Positions 16,801-32,292 of a stretch of 64,000 nucleotides of DNA are shown here, one piece after another. Within the stretch, counting starts at the first letter, position 1. The number at the start of each line of letters is the position of its first letter. The notes below the pieces were generated by a model, which worked only from the letters and a program-made list of their open reading frames with translations, was not told the DNA's origin and did not search any database. The position numbers and the translations under genes were made by a program. This stretch comes from Paraspadella gotoi. Lineage: Eukaryota; Animalia; Chaetognatha. The stretch covers positions 15,692,770 through 15,756,769 of the forward strand of contig CM119271.1 of the NCBI GenBank assembly GCA_051294375.1, read 5' to 3'.

Positions 16801-18356
16801 TAAAAAAAAAAAAAAAAAAAAAGAATGATGGGAACTGACTCGGAGTCGTGATGATTCTCTTCCTCCGGATGCCTCGTCTCCATGTGGGCGCGTTGACTGC
16901 GCGAGGTGCCGAAGTAAAGGGAGCAGCGGGCGCAGCCGAGCAGCTGCAAAAAAGTCAGCGGCGGAAGGACGGAGACGCGTTTCCGTTCGTCGTCGGCGGA
17001 GCGACGCTCGGGAGAAAGATGGGGAAGAGCGGCGGGGAGGGAAGGGGGACTACATTTTGAGGGAGGCGGAGAGGGGAGGGCGGAATCGTGGGTGGGAGTG
17101 CTCCAAAAAGGCTTTTGAAAATAAGGGGGAGTGGGGGTAGGCGGAAGGGGTGGGGGGAAAGATTGGGCATTTTCGTTTGCGCGATTGGAGGGAAAAATTA
17201 GTAAGAAAAAGGCGTCTAAAATTCAAGCCTTCAGTATCGATTAATGTAGGAACGAAAACACTGATCAAATAATTAACTAGAACCAAGAGAGATTTCTTTT
17301 TTTTTAAAACTAAATAACTACCTCCTCGTACTGGACCATTACTGCACCTTCGCTCCCTACTCCCTCTCCTCCTTCGGCGGGGGCGGCGGCTGCGGCTGCG
17401 GCGGCGGCGCGATCGTTGGTCGAGAGAAACTTACGACTTTTTCTTTTGTGAGAGTAATAGAAACGAATGATGGATCCCATGGATTTGTAAGGCAATTTAC
17501 ATGCGAACTTTTCAAAGTCTTTTCCGTGAAAATCGTAGGCCTCGCGAAAGAGAACCTTTTTTTTTTTCCAGGGGAGCGGGGGACGGAAGGGGGGAAACGT
17601 GGGTTTATTTTTAAGTTCCAATAAATAATTATTATTATTATTATTATTATTATTATAACTTTATTCAATGTTCACGTTCCAATTAAAGAATTCTGAAGGA
17701 GCTTAAATTTACGTCGCCCACTTTTATAAATTACCTTCAATATTTTTTTGAAAAAAGACCAATTTAATAAACATTTATCCTCTAATGACCCCCCCCCCTC
17801 CATCCCATCCTCCGCCACCTTTTCCTCCTCCGTCCACTCGTCGGCCTCGGGAACGAAATTGGGCAAATCTCCCATCGCCCGACCCAAATCATAATCGTGA
17901 AAGAAGAGCATGCCGAGGGCCTAAGCGTTGGATAATCTTTTACAATTTACATATTAATGTAAATGTATTTGCATTGTACCATGAGAAAAGATATATACTC
18001 TCTCTCTCTACTTCCCCGGCCACCTGATCCTCCTCGTAACCGTGAGCGAGTCTGGCCGACTCGAGGTACGTCTCAAGATCCTCGTCCGACAGCGACGGGT
18101 TGGGGACCCACTGCACGAGATCCCGAGCGTCGAGGGAGCGAGTCCCGCACGGCGGCGGAGGCGTCTCGGGGATGACCGCTTGGAACTCGGGACCCACTCG
18201 GATGCAGTCCGAATTTATGGATGGACGAATCGGACCGGACTGGTCGAGCGTACGGTTTGAGTAAGAGCGATCGTTGTTGTTATCCACTGAATTTTTTGGT
18301 TCGACATCGGATTTTAAGTTTTTTATGAAAAGTGAACGATGAGACTCTTCTTCCAT
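13820..18356 (-). CDS. CoREST/RCOR-like protein: ELM2-SANT1, three C2H2 zinc fingers, SANT2, then a predicted C-terminal F5/8C (discoidin-like) domain; about 10 exons, some boundaries uncertain
   Basis: ELM2 IRVGPEFQAVIP...GYEEDQ|ALGMLFFHDYDL; SANT1 EWTEEEK|VLFREAYDFHGKDF..LPYKSMGSIIRFYYSHK; SANT2 WSREEILGLLQAVGDHGPNF..IAAKVPTKTVAQIRKFYFSYKKKYNLD. Attachment of the last three exons (14955-13820) is inferred from phase. Confidence 0.75.
15030..15190 (+). mobile_element. tRNA-derived SINE-like family C, copy 1
   Basis: cctcccaacccaaagg..ggggttc, gacggggcg..aaccc.cctgt and cagcc.gatccgaag.tc shared with the reverse complement of 37400-37545; tRNA-like head with B-box-like ggttctagccc. Confidence 0.6.
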
Positions 18357-18788
18357 TTTTTTAAAAAAGGGAGGGACGGGGTTTGAAGTGTTCCTGTTTT
18401 TTTTTTATTAAAATATTAAACGTAAAACATAATATTTAACTTAACAAATATATATTATTTTGGTCGTACACACTAAACAAATCAATGAAATTAGGTAAAA
18501 CAAAACGTCAGCAATACACATCGAGAAAAACTGGCGAAAAATCACAGTTGGTGTTCAAGAAAAAAAAAATTTGTACGCTAGAGTCAAGGATGATTTCCGA
18601 TCAAAAAATTAAACTAGGAAAATTTTAATACTTTGGACATATTAACACGATAGTGTTGATTTACTTTGGAGGTCTTTATTTGATTTCATAAATACAATTG
18701 TCAAAACCAGTGATATCGGAATGCAGGAATAGCTAGTAAGGATGCATTCCGACGCATCCGTATTTTTCGTAATGAATGCACTAACGCA

Positions 18789-19628
18789 CTAAGAATCCTT
18801 ATAGTTATACGTCTGATTCTTCCAATGATAAACCATTTCGTATCGAAATTTGGCGAAGTAACTCGAGGCGACCTGAATTGCGGGCAGCAGCGCCGAAACC
18901 CCGTCGCTTTCCATGAGATCAGTTGATAGTCGGGTCTCGGGTTGTCCGAGGCTTCGATGGAAACTCTCAATGTGGTCATCCGCGTTGAGTCTCTCTGACC
19001 TTTTGATCCAATTCGAAGCGAGAGAGACGCGGGCCGCTCTTCCAAGGTCGACATCGGCGGCATGAACGATGGAGACGAAACGAAAGGGCGCCGGGTCGGA
19101 CGCCGCCGGTTTTTCCAATTCGTTCAAACGCCTTTGCTCCGCCTGACGAAAAGAAAACTGAAATTTTAATTTTAATTCGATTCAAATGTAACAAATTCCG
19201 ACGAGAGTTTATGTCCAACACAGATTCATTCGATATGAACTGACCCGCTATTTTATATGAACTCACCCGCCATTCGATCTTAATTGATCTTCCTTTAGAT
19301 CTGTACTGACCTGCCATTCGATCTTAATTGATCTTCCTTTAGATCTGTACTGACCTGCCATTCGATCTTAATTGATCTTCCTTTAGATCTGTACTGACCT
19401 GCCATTCGATCTTAATTGATCTTCCTTTAGATCTATACTGACCTGCCATTCATCGAAGGGGTGGGGAAAGTCGTCATGAAACTCGTAATCATCCTCATCT
19501 TCTCTTCTTTCTTCTTCTTCTTCAGTCGACGACCCAGAAATTCTTTGATGATTGTAAAAGGAATACACAGACCAACCTCCGCAGGCGCCGAGGGTCGCGG
19601 TTAACAGTTTGGCAAGAATAAGTCGCAT
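18789..19628 (-). CDS. Unassigned two-exon protein of about 180 aa with a hydrophobic N-terminus (exons 19628-19443, 19142-18789)
   Basis: MRLILAKLLTATLGACGGWSVYSFY...PFDEWQ|AEQRRLNELEKP...NYKDS*; CAG|gtcagt donor and ttttcgtcag acceptor in phase 0; exon-like GC content. Family not recognised. Confidence 0.65.
19269..19451. repeat. 44-bp tandem repeat x4 containing the exon end and splice donor
   Basis: gccattcgatcttaattgatcttcctttagatctgtactgacct units start at 19269, 19313, 19357 and 19401. Confidence 0.95.
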
Positions 19629-20293
19629 AATGCCCGTTGATTTAAGAGCGTAAATATTCAAATTGTAAAATTATATAAAAAACGTTTTAAAATCGGTCTC
19701 TGAAGATTAGTTTACTGCAATAAGCTTCCATGAAATATCTAACTAAAAGGATAAAATATGTAAAAGGTAAAAAATGTAAAAAATATCCAAAAAAGTTAAA
19801 TTGTCAAAAGAAAAAAGTAGACAGGAAAAATTTTAATAAGTTCTTTTAAGGAGGGTCATCTGGCAACGAGAGAGCAACGAGTGCTGGACTCGTGGTTGGC
19901 GGATCGGAAGGGACACTCATTGGCTGCAGCTTTAGAGGAAAGAGGCAACTAAAACAAAATTAACAATTAAATACAAAAATCATTTTTAGATAAAAATTGA
20001 AATAACAACATAAAAATTATAACAAATTTAAAAAAATAAAGAACCAATTAGGTGCTTTATAAAGAATCGTGGATACGCTGTGAGGGATCGAAAAAAATAA
20101 TCGGGACTGGCCGCAAGGGGCGCTGCTAAGTATGTTCACAAGCCTGAATGAAAATCAATACGTGGCAACACGATTGCGAGGCGTCTTGATCGTTATGATT
20201 ATGACTAGTAATTAGGACTGTCTTAGCTGGAAGGGAGACTAGTTATTGTCACTCAACCTCTTAGATCACGTGACGAGCCAAGCAATTCATAAT

Positions 20294-21130
20294 TCAATCT
20301 TCACTCTTTCTCGTCAAGATTCGAACTGTGGCTTTGATCATCAAGCAAAACCAATAAATTTGCATCGTTACCAACAGCAAGCAACTGGCGTTGCACTTGA
20401 TGGGAATGGCGGCCGGCACCCGCCAGAATGGAATCGAAGCGTAACGAGCGTAAGAGAAGTAAAGAAAAGGGAAAACGGCGACGCGACAGAGAAAGAAAGC
20501 GATGATCATGAAGACGCCGTTGACGACGTAGACGCGAGTCTTGTGCAGCTCGAAGAGGCGCAGCACGGCGCGAATGTTTACGAAGGGCGTGGAGGCTTCG
20601 AGAAAGTAAAAGGCGCCGACGAAAAAGTCGCCGACGCCGCGGCGCAGTATCACGCAGGGACCGAAGATCAGCGGCAGCGCCAAATGATGAAAAGTCATGA
20701 GTTTGTTGAGGCTAAAGAATTCTTTGAAACTCTCCGTCGTCCAAGGTTTCGTCGACGAAAACGGTTTCTTATCGAAGGTTCCGGCGGCGCGGAGTTCCAA
20801 GAAGGAGATGTACATCATCGCCAGATCGGCGAAGAAGTAAAAAGTGCAGAATTTGGCGAAGGAGTTGGCCAAACAGCAACGAGCCTTCATGATGTCGTCG
20901 CCGCAGAGATGAACGATGACGACTCCAGAGGCGCAGGCGGCCAGGGCTTGGAGGGAACCCACCAGGCGCATGGAGAGGGTGAGAGAGAAAGAGGAGAAGA
21001 CGCGAGGAGAGAGGAAGAGACGGAGGAGGCGACGGGCGATGAAATAGGAAAAGGGAAAAGTCAAGAGACCCAAAGGATAGAGGAGATTTGACTCTGTCTC
21101 GAACAGAGTTTTCAACTCGTGCCAAATCAT
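20294..21130 (-). CDS. TLCD3: TLC-domain protein, FAM57/TLCD3 family, single exon, 278 aa
   Basis: RLVGSLQALAACASG, YFFADLAMMY, HH motif, GDFFVGAFYFLEASTPFV, QIYWF; multi-pass hydrophobic pattern. Confidence 0.8.
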   Translation of the reverse strand: MIWHELKTLFETESNLLYPLGLLTFPFSYFIARRLLRLFLSPRVFSSFSLTLSMRLVGSLQALAACASGVVIVHLCGDDIMKARCCLANSFAKFCTFYFFADLAMMYISFLELRAAGTFDKKPFSSTKPWTTESFKEFFSLNKLMTFHHLALPLIFGPCVILRRGVGDFFVGAFYFLEASTPFVNIRAVLRLFELHKTRVYVVNGVFMIIAFFLCRVAVFPFLYFSYARYASIPFWRVPAAIPIKCNASCLLLVTMQIYWFCLMIKATVRILTRKSED

Positions 21131-21457
21131 TTTGATAATGACAATGTTATCAACTTATTATTTGGTAATTCTGTTGTCAATTTTAACGAAAACTAACCGA
21201 GAGTCGCAAATAACTAAAAAAAGTTAATAATGACTTTAATCCGCCACCAAAAAAAAGGGTCCATCATAAAAGACAATGTTATAAAACAATCACAGCGCTG
21301 ACAATCAAGCCGAAATACTCGAAGCTCGTTCCGAGTTAAGACACAACATGCCGTCAACAGAATCGAATCAGGAACAAGATTTCTCCCATGTAAATTGTAC
21401 AATATATATTATGAGAACTAACAATAATATTTAAAATAAATGCCCATAGCACCGAAC

Positions 21458-26140
<4,683 letters not shown>

Positions 26141-26676
26141 TGGCGCCGCGTTTTTTATTTATCTTTTAAAAAGTAAAGTAACCAATAAACGACGGAAGGA
26201 AAAAAAATATCAGATCCAATTTATAGCTCTTGATATACAGAGAGGCCGAATTTAAAAAAAAAAAGACAAAATTCCATCACCAAAACTGTTTTTCTATTGA
26301 GGACTAGAAACAGGAAATTCCGCTGAGGGGGTAAAAAAATAACCGGTGACCCGAATCTCGGGAATTTTTATAAAGAAAGAAAAATCGAACAATGAAAAAT
26401 CATAAGACGCTAATTAAAAATAATAATAAAAAAAAAAAATATTGCAGAAAACTGAAACGCGTAATACAATTTGAAGATTCTTAGCCGCAAAAAGAAGAAA
26501 AAAAACTGTAAACGAAACTTGACCCACGAAAATAATTAAAAGGAATCGTATTGTTCTTTTTCTTCGCCTCATTCGTTACGAGTCGAGAAACGAGGAATCA
26601 GTGGGAGGGGGAGGGGGGGAGGGGATCGAAACAGGTGGTCGGGTCCGCGAGGGCGCAAAGGTCATTCGTCGTTGAT

Positions 26677-28642
26677 CTAGGCTGGGTTGGGATGGGGGTC
26701 ACCGGTTCCGAGGGCGCAGACGGCGGCGCAAAGGATGCACGTGATGATGACGCAGAAGACGATGTAAATCGTCGTCGTCAACCAAAAGGCGTATTGATAA
26801 AGGGCGACATCGCATTCCTCCGGACTGGGCGAGTAAATTCTGGAAAAAGAGGGAGAGAGGAGTTTTATATGTCTCTTTCTATCCATCTTCTTGTCTTTCT
26901 TTCTATCTTCTTGTCTTTCTTCCTCTTCTCCCTTCCTCTTTTCTTCCTCTTCTCTCGCTTTCCATTTTCCTTCGCCATCGTCGCTTCACCTTCACGTTTG
27001 CTTTTTCCTCAGAAAATTAAATTGCTTTTCTCCGAGCATTTTCGTAGGATCCAAAGTTAATTATTACTTTTTTGTTATATGTATACATTTCTATAAAAAA
27101 ATTATATGTTTCCACCCACAAGACTTAGAACCACTCATCCTCCATTCTTTCCCTTTCAATTTGTACTCAAGTTTGTTCACGATAGTTGAGTCTCCACTTT
27201 GGAACAACCTCGCCCAAACCCTCCTCCTAAAACCTACTCACCCCCCCCCCAAATCCCGCCCAACCTGTAGATCCACACATTGCCGGCGATGAACCAAGCC
27301 AAGAGAAAGCAGTTGACGAGATTGTCGAACTTGGTCTCCCTGGGCGAGGCGGTGGCGGCGTCGTCGTCGTCCTTGTCGTATCTCGCCTTGATTCTCCTCG
27401 CGAGGCTGATGAGATTCTTGAGGACGCCGACGACGCCGAAGACGATGAGGTAGACGGGGATCATGTTCTGGACGGGACACTTGTGGAAGTTCATCGCGCC
27501 CATCACTTGGGAGAAAGAAGATTACAAAGTCAATGATAAAACTATCACAATATGTACGTATAAATCGTACATATAGCCAGTCCAAAGTCAGGGGCAAGAT
27601 AGCTTATTCATTAAATGAGTGGATAATTTTTTATATTGGATATACCAATTTCATAAAACATGATCCAAATAAAAAGTAAGGACCAGGTTGAACTCACCTA
27701 TCATTGAAACGGGTATCGCCAGTACAAGACCCACGAAAAATGTGCACCCGATGGTTCCTGCAAAAGGAAGAGGTAAGTTACTGCAGTTAAGCTTCGTTGA
27801 CGAGGCCATTGTGCTGCAAGAAATTGGAAGAGAAAATCTACTTACCAAGTAAAAGAACCATCATGTTTTTGACAAAAGCCGACACGGTCTCAGATCTCTG
27901 CCTCGCTGCCTGAATTTCCCCGAACAAGGACGCGTACGAAGGCGGCCGTTCTGCAATGGAAATAATACTTAATTTATAAGTATATGCAATAATGAAATAA
28001 AATCACGAATCGACTGAATCGCTTAATGTATGTCTTAGTATGAATTGATAATTTTGTAACTAATTTAGTAGTGTCCAACAACAAACTAATATGACGTCTC
28101 ACCCGTGGGATCGAGTGCCATTTCCGAGGAGACGTCCTCGTCCGGAATGGCGCCGTAAAGATTAAGCGGTGGAGACGGGGTTCCTTCGCCGTGGGACGAA
28201 TCTGGTCGGGAAAAGAGGACAGGAAGGGTTGTCGTTTTTGTTGTTGTTTGTAAGGGTGTTGTTGCTGTTGTTTTTGTTTTTCGTTGGTGTTGTTTTGTTG
28301 TCGTTTCTGTTCTTGTTGTTAATGTTTTATGTTTATTGTTCCTGTTTTATGTTTGTAGCTATTTGACATTTGTTGTAGTTTCAAGTTATATGTTGCTTCA
28401 TGTTACAGGTTGTTTCATAGTAGTTGTTGTTTGTGTTGATGTTATCCTCGTCATTCATCCATCATCTAGTACCAACTTCCATCCCCCTTCCCCTAACCAG
28501 CGTTGACGGCGTCCCAATAAGTAGGCGGGTTTTCAGAATAGACGGGCGGTCGATCGGCGGGGCGATCGATCGGGGGTTGTTGCTGGATCGCATGGGTGAC
28601 GGTGTGGGCCGTCGGGCGGATCGTCTTCTCGGTTCCGGCCAT
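26677..28642 (-). CDS. TMEM272: TMEM272-like multi-pass membrane protein, 6 exons
   Basis: LAIPVSMI|VMGAMNFHKCPVQNMIPVYLIVFG, FLLAWFIAGNVWIYR|IY..ECDVALYQYAFWLTT; upstream exons splice in phase from MAGTEKTIR. Confidence 0.8.
27572..27657 (+). mobile_element. Repeat family B, short 5'-truncated copy
   Basis: atagccagtccaaagtcaggggcaagatagcttatt...ccaatttcataaaa. Confidence 0.75.
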
Positions 28643-29306
28643 GACGGAGTGGTGGGGAAGATGAAGAGGAAAAGGGGGTTGGGGAATTGAAGGCGCGAGT
28701 CCGGCGTTTGGCGATTTAAAGTTTTAAACGTTCATTGATTTCGTCATTGATCAAAACGAATCCGCTTCTGGGCCGAAATACTAAGTACATCGTTGGTTTC
28801 CCGATCCCGAAGGGCGGGACGGAAAAAAGGCTAAGATTGACCCGAGCCGCTTAAAGTTAAAGCTGAAATAAAGAAATAAAGCGATTATGTATAAAAGTAT
28901 AAGGGGGGGGGGTGAATGGCGGATGAGGTAAAAGCCCAAATGGTGGGATCACGAACGCAGTGTGAAAAAGAGTTAAAAGGTCAATATACTAAAAATCCCG
29001 GCTCAAGCAATCGACTTGTCAATTGATTTTAGTAAACGTCGATAAAAGTCAACGGATGTTATGAATGACAGATTTATTGCAGAGACTCGGGTATCAAGCA
29101 ATAAAGTTGATGGAATTGTTACTGGCAGCAAAAAAAAACAAACCGTCAACAGGTGACAAAAAGATGTCTTCTGCTTCTGCTTTAACAAAACGAAGAGGAG
29201 GATAAGGCGAGACGCGGCGGAAAAAATGTGTGAAGAAAAGTTGAGTCGCAAAATATCTAGAGTCGACGTCGATATGAATTAAAGAAGGCGATGTTATAAA
29301 GAATCG

Positions 29307-30548
29307 TCAACAAGGAGCGAGGCGAGTGAGCCCTCCGCCTCGAATTTCCCTGAGCCTCTTGTGGTGACGAAGAACCGTGAGTTGGGCAGCGAACTGCCTG
29401 GCGTTGTGGCCTTCGAGGGCGGCCACGCCCAGGGTTTTCAGGTCTTCGGAGAGGATGAAGCGAGAACCTTGAGATTCCGCGTTTTCTTGCTTCTTGAAGG
29501 TCTGCACCGTGCGGATCTGATAGGAGGGGACAGATGGGAAAATAAAGAGAGGGAACTTCATCTCTGAACTGCTATCAAATACACCTAAACCAGAAATATT
29601 CATAATAATATACAAAACGCAAAACTTTCAATCGAGATCCTGACGGTCTAATCTAATATTATATTAAATTCAAAATCATTTTCTTCAATATTTCATCCTC
29701 TAAACGACTCAACTGTCTCTCTCTCTCTGTCTCACCTTCCTGCGCGTCATCTCTAAACGTCATCTCTAAACGACTCAACTGTCTCTCTCTCTCTGTCTCA
29801 CCTCCTGCGGCGTCATCTCTAAACGTCATCTCTAAACGAATCAACTGTCTCTCTCTCTCTGTCTCACCTCCTGCGGCGTCATCTCTTTCCTCTTCTTCCT
29901 CATGAGTCGATACTTTTCCGCGACTGTGAGATTAATGTCCCTCACGGTTTTGTTGAGATTGGCCAGAGTGATCCGACCCAGCATGTATTTCGGCGTGGCG
30001 TTGTACTCGTCCATACTAAGCGGCGCCACGGCAGGCGCCGGTTCCTTGGACGGCGCCGTCGGGGGCGGTGCGTTCTCCTTGGCATCGGCGGCGCCGGGCA
30101 CGATCGGTGGGGGGACGTGGTGGGCGTGGCTCGAGAGATGGCGCACGGCGACGGCGAGGGAACGAATCTCTTCGGTTCGACTCAGAGTTTCATCGAGATC
30201 TCGATGACCAGAGGCAATGATCTATTTAAATAGATATTACATTATATTATATATATTACATTATTTTACAATATATAATACAATGTAATATCTATTTAAA
30301 TAAATTATAGTAAATTAAGTTCCCGCCTTACCCGCCGTCATCTTCTTATTCCCCCCGGATGTTCTAAATCTCACCTTTTTGAGTTCGTCCATCGCTTTCG
30401 ACATCCGGGTGACGGCTCGGTCGGCGGATCGAAGAGCGGTCACGTCGGCCTCGTCGCTCACCTTCCTCAGATCCAATGCGAGGAGGAGGCGGTCGACGAG
30501 GCGCTCGAAGTGCGCCCCCAACTCTTCAACGCTCCGTGCAGTCTCCAT
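29307..30548 (-). CDS. SKA1: Spindle and kinetochore-associated protein 1, 3 exons
   Basis: LSMDEYNATPKYMLGRITLANLN, FILSEDLK and LTVLRHHKRLREIRGGGLTR match the SKA1 microtubule-binding domain. Confidence 0.9.
29695..29888. repeat. About 66-bp tandem repeat x3 duplicating the SKA1 exon 2 end and donor
   Basis: ctctaaacgactcaactgtctctctctctctgtctcacctcctgcggcgtcat repeated. Confidence 0.9.
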
Positions 30549-30575
30549 CCTTCAATCACTAATGTTCACTTTTGA

Positions 30576-30860
30576 TTTTTTTTATGAAATTGGTTCAACT
30601 AATATAAACATTATCCATACATTTAATAAATAAGCTATCTTGCAGTTGACTTTGGCTATGGAGGGTTAAGGCCTCTATCCCTCAATCAAGATAATAACAA
30701 AGCAGGACCCAGCAAGCTTTTAATCAAAACTAACGGTCTAATCAAGTTTATTGATTACCAGTGTACCTGGCTTATCTATCAATGAAGTCGTATAAAATTT
30801 CAAAAATGTTCTAGTTGTTTAAACGGACCACTCCCTTAAGTATTAGATCGGGGAATACTA
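30576..30860 (-). mobile_element. Repeat family B copy ending about 30 bp upstream of the SKA1 ATG
   Basis: Reverse complement ...caagatagcttatttattaaatgtatggataatg...ccaatttcataaaaaaa. Confidence 0.75.
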
Positions 30861-30864
30861 TATT

Positions 30865-31600
30865 NNNNNNNNNNNNNNNNNNNNNNNNNNNNNNNNNNNN
30901 NNNNNNNNNNNNNNNNNNNNNNNNNNNNNNNNNNNNNNNNNNNNNNNNNNNNNNNNNNNNNNNNNNNNNNNNNNNNNNNNNNNNNNNNNNNNNNNNNNNN
31001 NNNNNNNNNNNNNNNNNNNNNNNNNNNNNNNNNNNNNNNNNNNNNNNNNNNNNNNNNNNNNNNNNNNNNNNNNNNNNNNNNNNNNNNNNNNNNNNNNNNN
31101 NNNNNNNNNNNNNNNNNNNNNNNNNNNNNNNNNNNNNNNNNNNNNNNNNNNNNNNNNNNNNNNNNNNNNNNNNNNNNNNNNNNNNNNNNNNNNNNNNNNN
31201 NNNNNNNNNNNNNNNNNNNNNNNNNNNNNNNNNNNNNNNNNNNNNNNNNNNNNNNNNNNNNNNNNNNNNNNNNNNNNNNNNNNNNNNNNNNNNNNNNNNN
31301 NNNNNNNNNNNNNNNNNNNNNNNNNNNNNNNNNNNNNNNNNNNNNNNNNNNNNNNNNNNNNNNNNNNNNNNNNNNNNNNNNNNNNNNNNNNNNNNNNNNN
31401 NNNNNNNNNNNNNNNNNNNNNNNNNNNNNNNNNNNNNNNNNNNNNNNNNNNNNNNNNNNNNNNNNNNNNNNNNNNNNNNNNNNNNNNNNNNNNNNNNNNN
31501 NNNNNNNNNNNNNNNNNNNNNNNNNNNNNNNNNNNNNNNNNNNNNNNNNNNNNNNNNNNNNNNNNNNNNNNNNNNNNNNNNNNNNNNNNNNNNNNNNNNN
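30865..31600. other. Assembly gap (736 N)
   Basis: Run of n characters. Confidence 1.
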
Positions 31601-31671
31601 AGAGAGGGAGGGATGAGAGAGAGGGAGAAGAAGAGAGAGAAAACAAAAGACTCGCTGCAATTCATTACTTT

Positions 31672-31820
31672 AATAAATAAGCTATCTTGGACAGGCTATG
31701 GTGGGTGAGGGCTTCCATCTCTCTTACAAGATAATAACACGCTCTCACAGTCTAGTTTATTCACTCCCAGAGTATCTAGCTTCTCTATCAATGAAAGAGT
31801 ATAATATTTCAAAGAATGTT
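31672..31820 (-). mobile_element. Repeat family B copy
   Basis: aataaataagctatcttg...tttattcactcccagagta...aaagaatgttt. Confidence 0.7.
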
Positions 31821-32132
31821 TTTATTGTAATAGAATAAGAAGTTTTTGATGATTTCGAGTTGGTCTTCCGAGTCACCAATGGAACCCATTGGGTGAAGAA
31901 GTTGAGATTAAAGAGGAGGAGAAAAAGGAGGAGGAGGAGGAAGCGGAGGAGGAAGCGAAGGACTGACGCCGATTCTTTCCATATTAAACGTCGACTTCGC
32001 CCGTCGCTATATTGGAGACGAATTTGTACGGACGCCGATATATTCGATGGATTGCAAAGACTCGATTTATTTTGCTGCCTCTTTAATTATCATTTATTAA
32101 TCCGTTTTCCTTTCTGTTAAATCGATCCCGAT

Positions 32133-32292
32133 TCATCTCCGCTCCAGCTGACGTGAGCCACTTTCGACCTTCGATCACGATGCATCTCCGCTCCAACTGA
32201 CGTGAGCCATCTTCGATCCTGATGTATCTCCGCTCCAGCTGAAGTGAGCCACCTTCGACCTTTTATCCCGATGCATCTTCGCTCAAGCTGAT
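32133..32292. repeat. Degenerate 40-50 bp tandem repeat, 3-4 copies
   Basis: atctccgctcca(g/a)ctga(c/a)gtgagcca recurs at about 32135, 32184 and 32225. Confidence 0.85.

Noticed and set aside
19269-19451. CRISPR-like regular repeat
   Set aside because: No unique spacers, eukaryotic intron, no cas genes; it is a simple tandem duplication.
20246-21091. 281-aa plus-strand ORF, and similar ones at 21479-22210, 46464-47120, 51681-52517 and 2419-3039
   Set aside because: Antisense shadows of real minus-strand exons caused by GC-rich codon usage; no recognisable motifs.
30811-31708. Long ORFs made of X
   Set aside because: Artefacts of the N gap.
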